Assembly (NCBI GenBank): GCA_001938485.1
Contig: MQRK01212705.1
Location: 1-48,902, forward strand
Direction of reading: 5' to 3'
Origin: Girardia tigrina
Lineage: Eukaryota
DNA: 48,902 nt
The position numbers were made by a program, and so were the translations under genes. The notes beneath the pieces are model-generated. The model made no database searches. It had not been told where the DNA came from and was given only the letters and a program-made list of their open reading frames with translations. This document shows, in pieces, positions 21,394 to 33,715 of the stretch. Numbering within the stretch: the stretch's first letter is position 1; each line of letters opens with the position of its first letter.

Positions 21394-24135
21394 ATGGGGT
21401 TATTTTAGGAAATGAAATATAAAATGCTTTAATAATAGTCGCAGTAATTTCGCGTCCTTCTCTAAGTACGTGACGAACGGCAGTACGAACAGAGTGAGAC
21501 TTTTTATGAGAAAGAAGTTCGTAGACGAAGTTATAGATCAAAATTTGAGTAAAAACATCGAAGTAAATAAATAAATGTTTTGATGTTTGGTTAGGGAAAA
21601 GAGCGATTCATTTTGCTTGTGAGTATGGATACTTTGATATTGTGCAATTATTGATTGAAAAGAAATGCGATATCGAATGCGAAGATCGAGATGTAAATAT
21701 TGATTTGATTGGTCCGCGATTAAAGATGCATGCAGGCACTCAGGCCAATCCATTATGCCTCGAGATACGGACATGCGGAGATCGTGAAATTATTGATTGA
21801 AAACAAGTGTAAAATGGAATGTGAAGAAAAATATGTAATGATTTGTTGGTGGTAAAGTCCCGATTAACGATTGCAGGGATTAAGGCCAATCCACTTTTCC
21901 TGCTTGAGTGGATTCGATGGAATTGTGAAATTGTTGATGGAGAATGAGTGCAGTCTCGAGTGTGAAGATAAAGATGTTGATTGTTTTTTATTATTAAAGA
22001 ATTAAATCGGCAGTTAGGGTTTACGACCGATTCATTATGCGTGCATGGAAGGATCTGCTGGCGTCACGAGGGCATTGATTGAGAACCACTGCGACATTGA
22101 GAGTCAAGACGGAGATGTTTGGAATTTATTTGTTTAGTGAGATGTGTAATATGTTATAGGGGTGGACGGCCATGCATTATCTTTCAATGCGAGGATTTGT
22201 GGAGGTTGTGCGATTACTAGTCGAGAACAATTGTAACATTGAATGTGAAGACAAAGATGTTAATTATATATTCCATTTGATTAAAACAAATTACCGATTT
22301 ATTTAGGGATTCAGACCGATTCATTTGGCTTGCTTAAGTGGTCACATCGATATCGTTACACTTCTTATCGAGAACAATTGCAATTTAGAATGTGAAATGA
22401 ATAATGTTTTATTTTGTTTAAATAATCAAATAAAATAACTTGAAACTAGGGATTAAGACCAATTCATTTTGCGGCAATGAGCGGTGATGAGAACATTGTG
22501 AGATTATTGATTGAAAAGAATTGTGATATCGAATGCGGCAATCGTTACGTAATGACGCATATTGTTTGATAATGTTAAAAATTCGTGATCCTAGGGCTGG
22601 AGGCCGGTTCTTTACGCCATCGATCTTGGATTCATCGATATTTTGAGTCTTCTTCTCGAACATAAATGTGATTTGGAATGTCAGGATGATGACGTAATGT
22701 GGCTTTTACTGAATATGTGATAAACGACCATTATTAGGGATTGAGACCGATCCATTTTGCTTGCATGTCTGGTTATTATGACATCGTTCAGTTGTTCATT
22801 GATAACCACTACAATATCGAATGCGAAGATCAAAATGTTTTTCGGTTTATTTCATTTTAGATTAACGTGCAATATGAGCAGGGGTGGAGACCGGTCCATT
22901 TCGCTGCTAGGGAGGGTCGTTTGAAGATAGTGGAATTACTGGCGGAGAAAGGCTGCAACATCGAATGCGAAATAAGAGAAGTAATTTTTGTTGCTAGATG
23001 ACAATAAAAGATGAATTATAAATTATTGAAAGGGATATCGACCGATTCACTTGGCACGTATCAATAGAAATACCAGTATTGTGAGGGTATTGATTGATAA
23101 AGGTGTCGATATTGAATGTGAAAATATATACGTAATTTAAGAAACGAATAAACTGGTTTTAGTGGCATAACTGAATCTTGTAGGGACAAAGACCAGTCCA
23201 TCTCGCCTGTGAACAAGGCTTTGTCGATATATTGGTATTGCTGATGGACAATAATTGCAGTATTGACTGCCGGGATAAAGAAGTTCGCTTTATTGTCCTA
23301 AGTTAATATAAGCGCTCGTTTTGTCAGGGCTTTCGACCGATTCATTACGCCGCTAAAAATGGACATTTCGATACGTTCAAATTATTGATGGAAAGAAACG
23401 TCGATATCGAATGTGAAGTTTTATGCGTAATTATTTATCGATAAATGTCTTAAATAACGGAGGTCTTTAGAAATGGAGACTGATTCATATTGTTTGCAGG
23501 GAGGGACACATGAATATGGTGCAGCTTATGGTCGAGAAGAACAGCAACGTCGAATGGATGGAGGAATCTGTGAGTAAAGGTTGATTATATCGTCCATGAT
23601 ATTCGATACAGGGATTGAGACCGATACATTTTGCTTGCAAATATGGATACTTTAACATTGTCAAGTTATTAATTTCCAGGAAGATCGACATAAATTGTAA
23701 AGATCGATACGTAGATATGTTTGAATACACTCCAGAATTTTGAAATGTCAAATGTTCAGGGACTGACGCCGCTCCATTTCGCTTGTGTTAATGGCCGCCT
23801 AAATGTCAGCAAACTGTTGATCGAGAGTAATGCAAATATCGAATGCGAAGACGCAAATGTAAATGACGCGATTTACATCGAATAGTAATCTATTTCTAAT
23901 ATTTGAGGGTTGGAGATCAATTCATTTTGCTTGTCACGATGGCTACCTGGATATCGCCAAACTGTTGATCGAGCATAACTGTGTGACCAATTGCCAGGCC
24001 AACAACGTCTTTTATATTTTATAATGACAATATTAAATCTTCAATGTTCAGGGACTGACTCCGGTCGATCTGGCCTTAGCTAACCACCATGACCATATAT
24101 CGAGATTGTTGGCAGCAAAAGATGACCCCCAATGA
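21394..24135 (+). CDS. Ankyrin-repeat protein, ~624 aa, 20 exons, one repeat per exon, predicted N-myristoylated
   Basis: Exons: 21394-21398, 21445-21548, 21595-21692, 21736-21834, 21877-21975, 22018-22116, 22160-22258, 22307-22405, 22450-22548, 22595-22693, 22738-22836, 22882-22980, 23033-23131, 23184-23282, 23328-23426, 23471-23569, 23612-23710, 23760-23858, 23908-24006, 24052-24135. All introns are GT-AG, 42-52 nt. The joined frame is open from MGNFASFSK to ...AAKDDPQ*. Repeat consensus GxRPIHFACxxGxxDIVxLLIExxCxIECEDxx. The first two exons are less certain. Confidence 0.92.
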
Positions 24136-24289
24136 GATGTTTGCCTCTCCCATGCCGATTGGAACATTTCATTGATATAAATATTTATCTTTGTTTTTCC
24201 TCTCGGATTTGATAATGTCACGGTATTGTGAACAACAGAGACAACTGAAAAGCTAAAGAAATCATTAGCGATGAACACGTACAATAATA

Positions 24290-25600
24290 CAGGAAGGTAA
24301 ATAAGGAGGTCCGAAGGTTACTGAGGAATGCAGAAGAGGATTGGACAGCAGAGCAAACAAAATTGACAGAAAGCTGTTTTAAAAGGAACAATTTTATAGA
24401 AGCGTGTAAGATAATTAAGAAAATTTCAGAGACCCGAAGAGAACCAGGTGTAATGGAGAATCAAGATGGTAATATATTAACATGGAGTACAGAAATCGTT
24501 GACAGATGGAACGAATATTGCAGCTAAATTACAACTTCAAAGCGGGGGTCGACAGGAGAGTTGTCTCTAGAGATTATGAGGATCAGCAATTCAAAATTTA
24601 AAGGCTGCCATAAAATATGTCAAGATGAACAAATGTGAAGAATAAGCGACTATGTAAGACATATTTAAAAAGTTATCACGAGCCTTTATGTAGACGCAAA
24701 GACTAAACTGTTGACAAGCGAGTAATTTTGCTACTAGTTTAAATCCTCAGTAGGATTAAGACGAAACAGCATTCTATTACAACACTGTTCAATCTTTTCC
24801 TTGAGAAACTTGTAATGGAAGCAATAGACAACCTAAAATATTTTGGGATAAGCTGTGGAGGAATGAAAGAAACAAACCTACAATTTACTTATGTCAGAGA
24901 CCTAATTGTAATAGACAATACCGAAATTCAGGAACTTACGGACAGACTGCACAAAGTATTCGAGAAAGTTGTTATGGAAAACGAAAGCAACAAAACAAAA
25001 ATAATGGTTTCAGCAAACCGCAGCAACAAAGTCAAATTGGAAATTGGCATTGAAGGGGAGAAGCTAGAACAACTTAAAGGTTTTTGATAACAACGCTCCA
25101 CCATGATTGAGAATGGAGGAAAGGAAGAATAAACCCGAAACGCGATTTACATTATAACAAGTGCAATTAGGCTTAGTTCAGTTGTTAACATGAAAGAAAT
25201 CAAACACATGAGCAGAATAAAGATCACTAAGGCTATTGTCTGGGAAGTACTTGAGTTTGATACTTACACAGAAGAGCATGGACATACTTAAAACGTTTGA
25301 AATGAGGTGCTACATTAGAATACTGAGGATCAGGTTAAAAGAAAACAAAACAAACGACTTTGTCTAGAAAAGGAGTTACTGAAAAACTAGTGAAAGATCG
25401 GAATTGATCGAAGATGCCATCAGGAGAAGGAAGCTGAAATACTATATGCATCAAATGAGGAGAAAAGCTTTATCAAATGTTATGATTGAAGGAAGAATGG
25501 AAGGAAAAACGCCAAAGAGACAATTATTTAAAAGAACGGAGCGCATGGAAAATGGGAGATTTGAGAAAAGCGGCTGTCATCGAGAGCAGAGACAAATACA
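24290..25600 (+). mobile_element. Decayed non-LTR retrotransposon (RTE-like) RT fragment
   Basis: Remnants IVDRWNEYC, VGLRRN..TLFNLFLE, LQFTYVRDLIV (YADD-like), NKTKIMV, FEMRCY.RILRI and IRRRKLKYYMH..IEGRMEGK; many stops. Confidence 0.8.
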
Positions 25601-26334
25601 TATTCATAATTGAGTGCATCTGCAACCAAAGGGTTAAATTTAAAAAAAGAATCTGCAAAGGATTCAATTCTAATGTATATGTTTTTCAAACAAATAAACT
25701 TGAACTTTCAAAGTAACAACCATTATTTTCTATTGCTTGAATCCATCATCATGCAAACTGTTTCATTTTACTAAGATATTTTTTTAACTTGTGGCATCAA
25801 ATTTCCACCTCAGCATTATTTTACTGACGTCTTTGTTGAAAGAAAGATATCAACTGAAAAAAGTTAGAGCTAGATGACCCGTTATTCACACTATATTGAG
25901 GACGATGGAGAACTTCAATGTTTGCAAGCTCCTGTATCTTCCATCCATTTATAATTACAGTGAGTTCAAAGCAAAGTCATGCACGAGTTGTTTTCTTTTC
26001 ATATTAATTAAAATGATATCTTAATATAACTCAAATTATCAAAACAAAACATAAACACTGTATGTGACAAATAGGGTACTCACTGGGATATGTGTGTGTG
26101 TGAGCAGATAATAATACATATATATATATATATATTATAAGGCAAATTTTTAAAATAATTAAAATAAAATTTTAAAATTAAGTAAAAAAAGAAAACAATT
26201 ATAAATCAGAGTTAAAAATCAGTAAATTTTTTCGAGCATGTTATTTGTTTCTTTGTTTAATTTTTATTGTTTTTGCTACCACCAATTAAAGTCGAGTGGG
26301 TGTGCCAGATATTGTATTGATTCAATGTGCCACT

Positions 26335-26960
26335 CAGGGGCGGATCTAGACTATGATTCCAGTGAGAGGGGCGATTCCCATTTAAAGAAAAAATAGATAT
26401 TGAGTAAAATGCATAATTATGATATCACTTGTTATTACGTTTACCAAACTCTTTCTTTAAATAAAAACACATTTTACAAAATTAATAGTATTATTCTATA
26501 TTTTATTTTAAATTTTAAAATATTTTATGAAAACAAAGATTTAATTTCTATTTTTAATTTATAAGAGATTATAAGAAAAGTAACAAATAATTTATAAAAG
26601 ACTATATTCGTCTTGGTGTGGGTATTATTTAAGTTGATATTATGATTCTAACAAATTATTTATTAAATAAAGATTTCTCAAAAGTATATACAAATGTAAA
26701 TAAATTTAAACAAAAAATCAATATGACAGTTTATTTAAAAATATAAGCAATGGAGTTCAATTACCTAATTAAATTTAATTTACTATTTCTCCCTTCACAA
26801 AACATTCAATAACATCTATATCTCGATGTATATGAATCAACTCTAATCATGTTAATCTTTGTTAATTCATTCTATTTACTAAATGTTTTTTGTCGACGCA
26901 AGGAAGAAAAGCTTCTTTCAATTGATGCAACACTAATGGGTAAAGCAGGACCTTTTTATT
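26335..26960 (-). mobile_element. hAT remnant (C-terminal dimerisation region plus terminus)
   Basis: End caggggcggatctag; minus-strand LPISVASIERSFSSLRRQK...LIHIHRDIDV. Confidence 0.65.
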
Positions 26961-28499
26961 ACATATTGACTGAGGGGCATTTACCCCCAGTGACCTAAAA
27001 TGCCCCCCAGTCCAAAGCAAAAGTGATAGACTGGGGAGCAATTTTTATAAAATCGATTTTAAAAACTATCTTTCTATTTTTTTGATCATACTATGATGCT
27101 TTTGCAATAACAGAATATTTAAACTTCACTGTTCTAGCAGAAGACTGAACCAAAAATACACATATTGGCCCCTTCGCAACAGAAGAATCCATTATCAGCA
27201 CTTCTCACAATACTTTGGAATGGTACAAGTAAAATGGTACGTAGAAAATAGTAGGGACTGCTTGGAGCATTTATGTTTCCACTTGCTGAAGGGAAGAGTA
27301 AAACATAATATGTGAAATGTAGAGTATTAGAGGTTCTAGGAACATCGTCGGAATTATAACTCTGAGTTGTTTCAGACATCAAAACTTTTATTATACAACA
27401 CAAAAAATGTTTAAATCTAATATTTAAACAAACTTATTATTTTGAGAAAAAAATTGTTTTATAAATCTTTAACCGGTTTAAATAAAAAATATTCATATTT
27501 GATTTGATTTTATTACTTTTATAAATCAATTTTAAAAATCATTCCACATATAAAAATTATACATTTTAATTTTTATATTATAATTAAAACTCAAAAANTT
27601 TTAATTATTAACAATTTAATTAAATCTTCATAATTTTAGTAATTTATTGTTTCAAACGTTACATATATAATTATAAATAAATTTTAATTTGTACATATAT
27701 AATTTAACCTTCGTTCAAAAATTTTCCTAGCATTTTTAATTCCTAACATAGAGCGTGTGAAAAGTTTGTGAATGTAGCTTGTAAGTTTGGTCATAATTAC
27801 ATTGTTTACTTGGCTTATGGCTGCCGTGCAGATACAATTGTAAAAGTGAAGGCTGTCATAGATCACCTTGACTCAATCTTCCATAAGGCAGCAGTGCGAC
27901 CATTGGCTGAAATGTTAGCAAAAAGTACAGTGCGGAAGTTGTGGAGTTTCTTACCTCACTCGCCGTTGACGTTTATAATGACAGTCTGATAAGTACTCCT
28001 TCTGCCAACAGCTTGCCCTCAAGATATTTAATTCAAGTAAACAGGTCCAAAATCATTAACAGTCTTCGCGAAAATGTAGTTATTGCGGGATGGATTGTTG
28101 TGTGTAACCGCGCCCGCAATACTGTTGATTTGATCGAGTTCGACGCGTTCGTTAGCGACCGGATGACCCACACCTAAATTGTAAAACTGCTTACACGATA
28201 AAAGTTGATGTTCAACCTGATTTGTCCAGGATGTAATTTTAATCGACGTAACAGTCTGTTTATTTGATTGCTCCGTCTTGACAGTCGTTTGTAAGTGGTA
28301 TTTAATGAGAACGAGAATTTTCGATAAACATTTTTTTATAAACGCTGTAGTATCAAATTTATCCTCCATATTACACCACTAAACAGATTGGTTTTGTAAT
28401 TTGAATTTGTGCGTTTTATTAATTTTTATTTTATTAATTGTTAAGGTAGTTTAAGATTTTTATTAATTTGTTAATTTCGTTCTTGAATTTGAAACAATT

Positions 28500-30080
28500 T
28501 TTTAAATGTTGTGGAGTTTTCGTATACAACAAAAATGAATTCTATTTTGGAGGAATTTCAACCTCCCTCATTGACATTACATTACAAAGACCCAAACTGC
28601 TATCGAGAAATGCTACTCATAGTTGCTGGAAAAGTTCAGAAGGAACTCACTTGTAAGCTACAGAATTGTTTTGCTTACGTAGTACAAGTTGATGTCAACG
28701 TCAATCGGCAAATGGTGGATTGCAAGTAAGTCTCTGTGAGAATAGTAACAAAAGAGAATGAGGTAACGAACGTCTTCAAACTCTTCAATGAACCGCAACA
28801 TATTGGAGGTCTTGGACTGCTGTAAGTCACTCAGCAGACCCTTAAGACCATGGTCACATCAACTTCTAAGCTGATTGGGGTTACAACCGATGGCGAAAGA
28901 GCTTAAACAGGATTAATACGATGGCTTTGTAAGCTTATGAAGAACTGGTTGCATCATAATCTACTGACGTTCTGGTGTTCTGTTTACAGAAGTGACCTCG
29001 CTTTTAAAAGCATTGAAGGAGGCGTTTCGGAGCTGTGTCTAGCTATCTTCTTCAGGACGTCTAAAAAGACAACGAAACTCCTGGATCAATTTCAACCAAT
29101 CGCGAATCATTTCTCTGCTCATTACGAAATTTGACTTGCGGAGTACATAATCAACCTTTCAACGGTTATTCTTCTAATCTTTATGGCTGTAAGGAAGTAT
29201 TAAAGTTTTTAAAGTGAAAGGCAAATTGGAAAAAGAGAGAGCAACAACATGTGGATATTTGAAGACATGGTCCTATGAATAGCATCAAGTTTGGCTTAAA
29301 GTTCTCATAGTTGATGTTTTGAAAATATTACGTGATTTGCAAAAGTTGCTACAGCGTTATGACCTGATTCTACTAGAGATAATAAGCAATAGAGCTTCGG
29401 CACTTCCTAAATTAGACCTTATATCCAGAGCCCCCTATCCTGGTGGAAAGGAAGAAAAACTACATCCCCAGGAAACAGAGACTCATTTTAAAAGCTGTTA
29501 ACACGAATATGCCAACTACAAGAAATCTGGATACGATGCCCTCGAAATTGTATAATCAGCACAGAATAATCTTGTAGAGCTGTTTGACGTGGAACAAGAA
29601 GTAGTCCAAGACATATTAACTCTTTTGTAAGCAGCAGAATTCGAAATATTTATTAATGCAGGAGTCAAAATAACATGACATTTGTTTTCAGAAGAAATTC
29701 AACGCTTTGCAGATAACTGGGCTGAGCAATGGCCTTTAAATGCTTTACCCTAATTGAAGTTGAAATACTTCTTACAGCGCTACAGCGACGTACCTTTGAA
29801 AGTAATATCGTCTTCCGTAACACTCACTCTTCACAGCATGCTTCCTGAGAGGCTTAATTCTTTATAGAACTTGAACGTTTCAGCTCATCGCACGAGCAAC
29901 TCAGCTGAGACAGCCAACTCTTGCATGATGATCGCAATGAATTGAAAGGGGACCTGCAAGTTTGATCCTCACAGTGCTGTGATACAATTCTTGTTGGTGA
30001 AAGAAAGACAAGAAAGAAACCCAACCTTGATATTTATTCAGAAAAGACTTTGTTGCCCATTCTTTTTTTAAAGTAACGTG
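28500..30080 (+). mobile_element. Heavily decayed hAT-like transposase
   Basis: YVVQVDVNVNRQ, LIGVTTDGERA*TG and TFWCSVYRSDLA (CxxHRxxLA) motifs across several frames. Confidence 0.55.
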
Positions 30081-30239
30081 TCGAAGTTTTATGTAATATA
30101 ACTCGTGCTTCACTGTTCGTAAAATGTTATGGGTCGGGTGAATTGTATATTTTATTCTTTTAAATCTGAGAGCACTTGATAAAAAAACTGTTTGGAATAG
30201 AAAAATCAATTTAAAAAAAAGAAAAATCACCATTCTAAG

Positions 30240-31200
30240 CTCAGCATACTTAAATCAAGATACAGCATCAATACATTCACACATTCAAACAATTTAAAAT
30301 ATTCCTCATAATATTAATAAGTTTCAATTGTGAGTCTAAGTTTTTCTTATGAAATAACCTTGTTAATGGTAAATTAAAGATATAAAATTGAAAACTGAAA
30401 ATCAAGATTTCTACATATTTTAATTCATTTATATGCATTTTTGCTTTTGAGGAAAATAGACTATCTGTCCCATCTGAAATATACTGAAGAGTTACTATAA
30501 AAAAAATCTTTTAGTTCAACCCAACGAGTGTTACATAACATTTTCAGTTCTCCTTTAATTACATTTTTCAAAAAATTATGTATTTTAGTAGATACATTAA
30601 CAAATGATATCACGTTTTCGATTACGTATTGTCTGGACGGATGACATTTTAGATATCGACAAATTTAATGTATGATTAAAACAAAATTAATGGTACTACT
30701 TTTTTAATTTCTGTAACAGTACCTGCTTGTTCAAAAACCATCATTGAACATCCATCTGTCTCAATTCAAGTGCATTTATGTATAGCTATACCCATATTGC
30801 CTAATTTTTCAAGTATTAGTTTCCCAAGGATTTTGCCTGTTACTCTGTATTCAAAAGATTTAGGTTCATCTTTAAAATATTTACGAACATCGAGAAACGA
30901 TATGAAATCTTCTTGCCTCTTGTTTCTATAAACATAACTTAGACAATTCCTTATTTGTGGAGTGTGAGTTAATTCTGTTGTTTCATCAAAGACTACGCAA
31001 TAAGATTGATTCACTCTCTCTAATATTATAAAGTAATTCATCGCCATAGCATTCAATTAATTGATATTGTATTGTTTTAATATTATTGTTTTACTACTTT
31101 TCAAATGTCCTTCAAAAATAGAGTTTCCACAATTAATTATAAAACGATGGATCTCTCTAAATTAATCATTTAATGATATTTAAATTTGTCTTCCTGTCCT
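30240..31200 (-). mobile_element. hAT transposase fragment (PRKRIR/Tip100-like)
   Basis: ORF 30766..31056 YCVVFDETTELTHTPQIRNCLSYV...EDFISF...TGKILGKLIL; LCNTRWVE further downstream. Confidence 0.7.
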
Positions 31201-31429
31201 ACAGTGATATATAATTTTGTAAACTATTTTGAATAGTTTAAGTACCAGATTGTCATTCTATATAATTTTCAATTACTGTTACACTACCTTTGACACTGTC
31301 AGGCTCTATGGTTTCCTCAACTTTTATCTTTTTAAGAAACATATTTATATAACCTTGGCCTCGTTTTATTTCCAAAAATATATAAAAATGCTCATTAAAA
31401 TTGTAAATCAATGGATTGTTTGAAAAGAA

Positions 31430-32632
31430 ATTTCGTTTTTTTGGTGAAAATAAAAGACGATCTTCGTATAATGAATAAATATTTTATTAATTAAAAACAC
31501 CTTTTGCCATCTTTCTGGTAGTAGTATGATTCCATGCTCTTAACATTTTTTTACAAAAAACTGATCCAGGTGATTTTTGACGTCTTCATTTGAGGTAAAG
31601 GTTTTACCGTCCAAAATATTTTGCAGTGACCGGAAGAAATAATAATCCAAAGGCACCAGATTTAAAGAATATAGTGGGTGTGGCAGTGTATCCCATTCAA
31701 GCTGTTTAAGCTCTTGGAGAGTGATCAAAATTGTATGAGGTCTCGCATTATCTTGGTGGAACACTACACCTTTTCTGTTGATAAATTCTGGCCTTTTGTG
31801 GTGAAATGCTTCATTTAGTTTGTCTAGCTGATGACAGTAGGCTTCCGAAATAATTATTTTGCTATTCGGTAAAGGCTAAAAGAGCGACTGCATCACCTTT
31901 TTTGATGGAAATTGGCTTTCGAAATTTTTTAACCTGGTTCATCTTTTCTGCTCCATAACGTTTGACATTGTTATATACAACCCATTTTTCGTCGTTAGCA
32001 ATGATGCGCTTCAAAAATGGATCATTTTCGTGACTTTTGAGGAACTAACCAAAGACGTCATAGCGACAACATAAATTTCCCTCCGTGAGGATTTAGGGAA
32101 CCCATATTTCGAGCTTCGAGGTTAAACCCAGGCCTTTCAGGTGGTCATAACAGTTGAATTTAATAAATTTAACCTCTCAGCGATCTCAAGTGTTATTATT
32201 CGCCGGTTTGCATCAACTAATGCTTTTATAGTGTCTTTATCAGCTTCAACCGGCCTTCCAAAATGTGGTGCATCTTCGACATCAAAATTTCCGGATCGAA
32301 ATTTTACAAACGAGTACTGGCACTGGCGTATTGCCAACACATCTTCTCCATGCACATCGATTAATTACTTTCTGACTTGAACAAAATTTTTACCTTTTCT
32401 ATAGCAAAAAATTAAAATATGATGAAAATGCTGCTTATTGCTCTACAAATTTAAAATGGCACCAACCAAAACTACTGCGTAAAATCAATTGAACTTTTCC
32501 ACACACAAGCCTCGCTATATCACCTCTGAAAAATATAATGGTTATGCGGCTGAAGTGTGAAGTTGGGATCAAAAAAAATATAATTAATTTCTCTGTCGGA
32601 AAAAAACGAAATTACTTTCCGATCAACCCAAT
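31430..32632 (-). mobile_element. Decayed mariner element
   Basis: FRSGNFDVEDAPHFGRP, IIANDEKWVVY and FHQDNARPHT...HPLYSLNLVPLDYYFFRSLQ; terminus ttactttccgatcaacccaat. Confidence 0.9.
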
Positions 32633-33715
32633 CGAAATTTAATTATTAAAATATTTATTTTATGAAAATTTTATTGAGAATTAAACAAATTAATATTAAT
32701 ATTTGATTAAAAGAATAAGCTTCAAATCGTCATTCATTCTGACACAATTTTGAAAAGATTATTCCTTAATAAATAAGAGTTCATATGATAAACATGATCT
32801 CCTCGAAAATCGAAACTTTAATATATTAATGGGCCCAGCATTTTAAATCCGAGTCTCCCCTCATCGGATCAACAAACCCACTTTTACCACCGTTTGGTCC
32901 TCGGGGTGACTCGAGGATCGACGGAAACATTAACTGTTAAAGTTTTATTCTACAATTACACTGTTAACAAGACTGACACAATTATTTTTGCAACAATTAT
33001 AACTACAACAATGTCTCTGTGACTCCTCTTCGAAGGTTATCCTCAAATATGCATTCAAGTTGGTGAAACTATATTTATATTTTCTGATTTCTTTAATTCT
33101 ATATAATGTGAATTGAAACAAATGAATAAAATCAATTTATCACACGCCCCTTTCCTCAAGACTCACAGACATAATCAACCCGAGCAAGGGAAAGTTTAGT
33201 CGTCATTAAGAATCCGAGAACTTGCGTAAACAAAGTCTTTGAGTCAAATTGGTCGATACAATGCTCGTTGAGACCACTTTTCAATCGTTTCATGTTTTTA
33301 ATCGTTTGTGTCGGTATTCTCTGTTCTCTTGTTATTCTTCTACTATATTCTCGTAGATCTAATCATGTTAGTCTAGTCACTTTCATAGTCATTTATTTCT
33401 GCTTGTTTAATAGTTTTATGGGTTCAAGATGATGTTATAGTTGTTCATGCTCCTTTGGTCATGCAATTGAACTGTGGGCCTGGCTTAGCAAATACTTCGT
33501 ATCTCACTTTAAGATTTATATCCATCAACCGCTGGTGCATTTTCGGCTATCATATTGTGTAATCTTTAATGTAATGTAAAAAGAATCGCATTTACAACTT
33601 AATTAAAAAAGAGCTTTCATCAAAGTTGGTTATACAAAAAACTTTAACTGGAGATTTATTTATTCATTAAAACCTTTATTTCATTATAAAAGCTTTGAAA
33701 TATTTCTATAAATAT

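Noticed and set aside
21549-21692. Apparent frameshift (98-nt first repeat exon) suggesting a pseudogene
   Set aside because: Using the donor at 21549 gives a typical 46-nt phase-1 intron and restores the frame.
21595-24051. ~145-nt periodic array as a CRISPR or satellite
   Set aside because: The conserved part is a 99-nt codon-degenerate ankyrin exon and the 'spacers' are GT-AG introns; the context is eukaryotic.
21538-24284. Minus-strand ORFs (21538..21774, 22418..22663, 23485..23751, 24048..24284)
   Set aside because: Antisense shadows of the spliced plus-strand ankyrin gene.
26091-26136. (TG)n and (TA)n tracts
   Set aside because: Ordinary short microsatellites.
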